Shown piece after piece: positions 34,701 through 37,187 of a DNA stretch of 37,187 nucleotides. Position 1 is the stretch's first letter. Each line of letters starts with the position of its first letter. This DNA comes from Dehalococcoidia bacterium (GTDB lineage Bacteria > Chloroflexota > Dehalococcoidia > GIF9 > UBA5629), in NCBI GenBank assembly GCA_007280145.1, contig QYPU01000111.1, positions 1 through 37,187 of the forward strand, read 5' to 3'. The position numbers were made by a program, and so were the translations under genes. The notes under the pieces were generated by a model. It searched no databases and had not been told where the DNA came from. It was given only the letters and a program-made list of their open reading frames with translations.

Positions 34701-34945
34701 GGAACATTGACGGCATAAACGACCCGAAAATTCGCTTCTACACAACGATAAAGGAACTGGAGCAGAGATTGGGTGATCCCAGTGTGACGTTGAACTCATT
34801 CATTATCTCAACTACTCGGCTGCAAGAGGTATCCTGGTGGAGCGATGGCATGACAAAGGAACAATTCGAACAGCACCACGTCCTCTTCCAACGAGAAGAT
34901 AAGGACACATACATACAGAAGTTGCTATCAGAGGCACAGAGGTGA
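31736..34945 (+). CDS. Res-like superfamily-2 helicase with C-terminal PD-(D/E)xK nuclease motif (type III restriction subunit-like)
   Basis: 1069 aa as listed. Walker A is SATGSGKTLLM, motif II LVDEGHRG, motif III YSATFG, motif VI QLFGRGVRL. The C-terminal motif is HPDFILWL...(13 aa)...FVDPKG (PD...DxK). The start is uncertain: TTG 31736 overlaps Mod by 20 nt, and other in-frame options are ATA 31766, GTG 31838 and ATG 31853. Confidence 0.88.
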
Positions 34946-34950
34946 GCACT

Positions 34951-35490
34951 ATGGAAATAGTCAGAGATAGATTGGAAATCACCGATTTAGTGGCGCGATT
35001 CAGGAACAATCTTCTTTCCAAACTTGAACAAGAAATTCATGAGTCTGTTGGATTCCATGGCGGTGGAATCGACGCGGTGATAAGACAATCAGCTAACATC
35101 GGAATGTGGCTGGCTTACAGTGATGCCGAGGATAAGCAACACGATAGATACTGGACTGCTTTTGGGCTATATAAGGCTAACAACTTGGACATGTCAATCG
35201 TCACTGAAATCAATTTCGCTGCGGAGGGGGTCAACCGCCGTCTTGGAGGTGCCTTCTTCAGAAGTACAGACGGCGCCACTTTGGTGGTGCATAGAGGCAA
35301 CATTGGCGGAGGTCGCCTCGGTATTGGCAAGAGTCTATTCTGGAATAACTTCAAAGGGAAAAGCCTAGTGGCATTTGATGGAACCAGGCAGGGTAATTTT
35401 GCAGTTGTTGGAGAACTTGATTCGGCGGATCTGGTTTACCAAGTAAAGAACTTCGTTGCTGAGGTCGCACGAATCAAGAGCCTTGTGTAG
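34951..35490 (+). CDS. Hypothetical ~180-aa protein, last gene of the operon (no family recognised)
   Basis: The ORF abuts the Res-like stop (TGA 34943-34945). ATG 34951 lies 8 nt after AGAGG, and an alternative GTG at 34942 overlaps the stop (GTGA). The protein looks soluble, with a Gly-rich block HRGNIGGGRLGIGKSLF. Confidence 0.6.
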   Translation: MEIVRDRLEITDLVARFRNNLLSKLEQEIHESVGFHGGGIDAVIRQSANIGMWLAYSDAEDKQHDRYWTAFGLYKANNLDMSIVTEINFAAEGVNRRLGGAFFRSTDGATLVVHRGNIGGGRLGIGKSLFWNNFKGKSLVAFDGTRQGNFAVVGELDSADLVYQVKNFVAEVARIKSLV

Positions 35491-35628
35491 TAAGCGATAG
35501 CCAAGAGGACAACAGGCAGCAGCAGAAGTGCGGCAAGACCCTGCTTTTCAGTTGCAATTGGTACCCTTTGTGGCTCCCATCCCAAGAATGGGCCAGCAAT
35601 ATGTGCAGGTCATTTCCGACGAGGAAAG

Positions 35629-36465
35629 CTAGTCGGTTTGCCAAGGGAAATACCGTTCGCGAACATAAGCTATGTAGTCTCTGTCTGCGGTGGGAAGTCT
35701 ACCAACGACCTCAAGAAGCTCTTGATACGTCATGTCTCTGAAATTCACCTCGTCTCCAACATGTTCTCTGAAGTCCATAATCTCGCTTCGATTTCTCTCC
35801 GCCTCTGCCGAAGGAACCTCGTACCACAGGTAGAGCAGCTCAAATCCCCTGGACCCGAATTCAGTGGCCAGTCCCAAAATGTGTTTCAGCAGCTGGGGAG
35901 CATCCAGGTAAACAAAACTCGTCTTCCCATGCTCTTCTTCATGGATACGTCTCGCCAGTTCTTCACATCTGGGGAGCTGCGCCCATAGGTCTGGTACGCC
36001 AAGATACTTGTCTTTGATTGTTCGTTTGGTGTGGCCATGATACGGCTCGGTGAATTTCGACTCTATTGCTACTGGTTTTACGTCATTCCCCCGGAACTCC
36101 ACATCAAGATGGGGCGGAATTCCGCCAAGCGGAGTGGGATGAGTCTGCTCGAAGTGCATGTCTGTCACTCCTTGAGGCGCCCCACAAGCCGAAGCAATGT
36201 GACCAATGTTGGCGGTCCGCCAATACTGAAAGACGTTGAGCGCGAGGGCCGAGGATGAATGCAGGGCCTGCATTTTCCCTCTCTTGTCGCCACTCCCCAG
36301 TTCATCCCCCTTCCCAGACTGAAACTGCTTTTCGACTTCCGGCAGAAGTGGAAGGAACAGGTTGTCATTGAGGGAAAGCGTGTAACCGTCCTGGTCAAAC
36401 CTGATTCCCCGTTGGCGTGCCCAGGCCTGTTGCTGATCGCAGATTAATCTGTACGTCATAGTCAT
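35629..36465 (-). CDS. Hypothetical protein with PD-(D/E)xK nuclease-like motif, convergent to the operon
   Basis: 278 aa. A strong GGAGGGAGGGA RBS lies upstream of ATG 36465. The candidate catalytic core is HLDVEFRGNDVKPVAIESKFTE (D ... E-x-K). This assignment is by motif only. Confidence 0.55.
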   Translation of the reverse strand: MTMTYRLICDQQQAWARQRGIRFDQDGYTLSLNDNLFLPLLPEVEKQFQSGKGDELGSGDKRGKMQALHSSSALALNVFQYWRTANIGHIASACGAPQGVTDMHFEQTHPTPLGGIPPHLDVEFRGNDVKPVAIESKFTEPYHGHTKRTIKDKYLGVPDLWAQLPRCEELARRIHEEEHGKTSFVYLDAPQLLKHILGLATEFGSRGFELLYLWYEVPSAEAERNRSEIMDFREHVGDEVNFRDMTYQELLEVVGRLPTADRDYIAYVRERYFPWQTD

Positions 36466-36729
36466 TTGGATTATCCCTCCCTCAAAGTAGCTTTGCCTAA
36501 CAAGAAGCTAACGGACATATCCCTCTACGTGAACCATAGCCTCGGAATAGCTTGCAAGTACGAGAGTACACGCGCAGCCTCGTCTTGTCAATGGAATCGT
36601 ATTATATCTAAACCCTAAACGAATTCAAATGACCCAAATCCCAAATTCAAAACAGCACCATTTGAGAAGGGCTAGATCAGGTTGCGCCCAGGGCGTTGTG
36701 AGATTAGCCCGTTTGACCGGCGCTAGCGC

Positions 36730-36757
36730 TTGACAAATCCCTGATTATGTGTATAAT
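36730..36757 (+). promoter_or_regulatory. Near-consensus sigma-70 promoter for the RHH gene
   Basis: TTGACA (36730-36735), a 16-nt spacer, then TATAAT (36752-36757). The GGAG RBS is at 36777-36780 and the ATG at 36789. Confidence 0.55.
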
Positions 36758-36788
36758 ATCAGTAATCAAGATAAGCGGAGTAATCTAG

Positions 36789-36935
36789 ATGGGCAAGGTT
36801 CTTATCAGTATACCAGACGAGCTTCATAGAGACCTCAAACGGCGGGCGATTGACGAGACTGTTTCCCTGAAGGAACTGATTCAAAGGGCTCTCCAGCAGT
36901 ACATCGAACGGCACACACCAACCCGCCAAGCATAG
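36789..36935 (+). CDS. Ribbon-helix-helix (CopG/Arc/MetJ-like) small DNA-binding protein
   Basis: 48 aa, hand-translated and below the ORF-track cutoff: MGKVLISIPDELHRDLKRRAIDETVSLKELIQRALQQYIERHTPTRQA. It follows the beta-strand/helix/helix pattern typical of RHH antitoxins and regulators. Confidence 0.6.
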   Translation: MGKVLISIPDELHRDLKRRAIDETVSLKELIQRALQQYIERHTPTRQA

Positions 36936-37073
36936 TCTGACCAACTGGCTGACAAGCCACGAAATAACCAAAGGGGGAAGCTGTGGTGAACAAGACTGAG
37001 TTCGCATTGGGCTCCAGGGGAGCCGATACATCGGATATCCCACCTCGCAGTTTGCGCCTCACACTACTTGGGG

Positions 37074-37098
37074 TAATAATTGTTACCGAAAGTGGTAT
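37074..37098. repeat. Right copy of island-flanking direct repeat (candidate attR core)
   Basis: TAATAATTGTTACCGAAAGTGGTAT. It matches 19407-19431 at 24 of 25 positions, and weaker similarity continues for ~9 nt. Confidence 0.7.
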
Positions 37099-37122
37099 TG
37101 TTGACTCAAAAATATTGTTACC
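37079..37122 (+). promoter_or_regulatory. Three direct 9-mer repeats ATTGTT(A/G)(C/A)C at 17-18-nt spacing, a candidate operator or recombinase/transposase binding array
   Basis: ATTGTTACC is at 37079, ATTGTTGAC at 37097 and ATTGTTACC at 37114. They lie immediately upstream of AAGGAG (37130-37135) and ATG 37141. Confidence 0.4.
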
Positions 37123-37140
37123 CAACAGAAAGGAGAAAGC

Positions 37141-37187
37141 ATGACGCGAGGTAGCATACAAGAATATACCGAGGCAGTGCGAGAGCG
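37141..37187 (+). CDS. 5' end of an ORF running off the window (MTRGSIQEYTEAVRE...), function not determinable
   Basis: A good RBS (AAGGAG) lies 5 nt upstream of the ATG. Only 15 codons are visible. The N-terminus is reminiscent of some DDE transposase/integrase-core proteins, but that is memory-based and unverified. Confidence 0.3.
   Translation, partial: MTRGSIQEYTEAVRE

Noticed and set aside
36986-37144. 52-aa GTG-initiated ORF after GGGGGA, spanning the right repeat and overlapping ATG 37141 by ATGA
   Set aside because: The peptide has no recognisable fold or motif. The region is better explained as repeat or operator DNA, and it is too short to support without conservation data.
36759-37161. 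Two overlapping minus-strand ORFs (94 and 108 aa) at the right end
   Set aside because: They lie antisense to the well-supported RHH gene and its promoter. They have no RBS and Pro/Ser/Cys-rich, non-protein-like sequences.

Overview
The window has two parts. Positions 1-19.4 kb look like chromosomal backbone. It starts with the 3' end of a 23S rRNA gene, followed directly by an initiator tRNA-Met and a terminator, with no 5S gene. Next come housekeeping and metabolic genes: an ICMT-family methyltransferase; a minus-strand operon of APC transporter, FGGY sugar kinase, RuBisCO-like protein and saccharopine-dehydrogenase-like oxidoreductase; an NDP-forming acyl-CoA synthetase alpha protein; a PlsY-like/GT2/sugar-nucleotidyltransferase cluster; a frameshifted DUF3795 Cys-rich gene; ATP-dependent PEP carboxykinase; EtfBA; and an EF-G paralogue. 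Positions 19.4-37.1 kb look like a ~17.7 kb integrated genomic island. It is bracketed by a 25-nt direct repeat (24/25 identical) at 19407 and 37074. From left to right it carries a decayed integrase remnant, an integrase N-terminal-domain-only ORF and an intact tyrosine integrase. These are followed by an AT-rich module of two single-pass membrane proteins flanking a DUF45/M48 metalloprotease. The most interesting part is an 11.4 kb, tightly coupled five-gene plus-strand operon: SNF2 ATPase, DUF262/DUF1524 (GmrSD/SspE-like) nuclease, a 991-aa beta-class DNA methyltransferase with a ~450-aa unassigned N-terminal region, a 1069-aa Res-like helicase with a C-terminal PD-(D/E)xK motif, and an unknown ~180-aa protein. 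A convergent PD-(D/E)xK-like gene and a small RHH regulator with a near-consensus promoter follow. The operon combines type III R-M and DISARM-class-1-like parts but lacks DISARM's DUF1998 and PLD genes. I regard it as a candidate undescribed composite anti-phage system. All calls come from reading the sequence and translated ORFs by eye. No database search was run.
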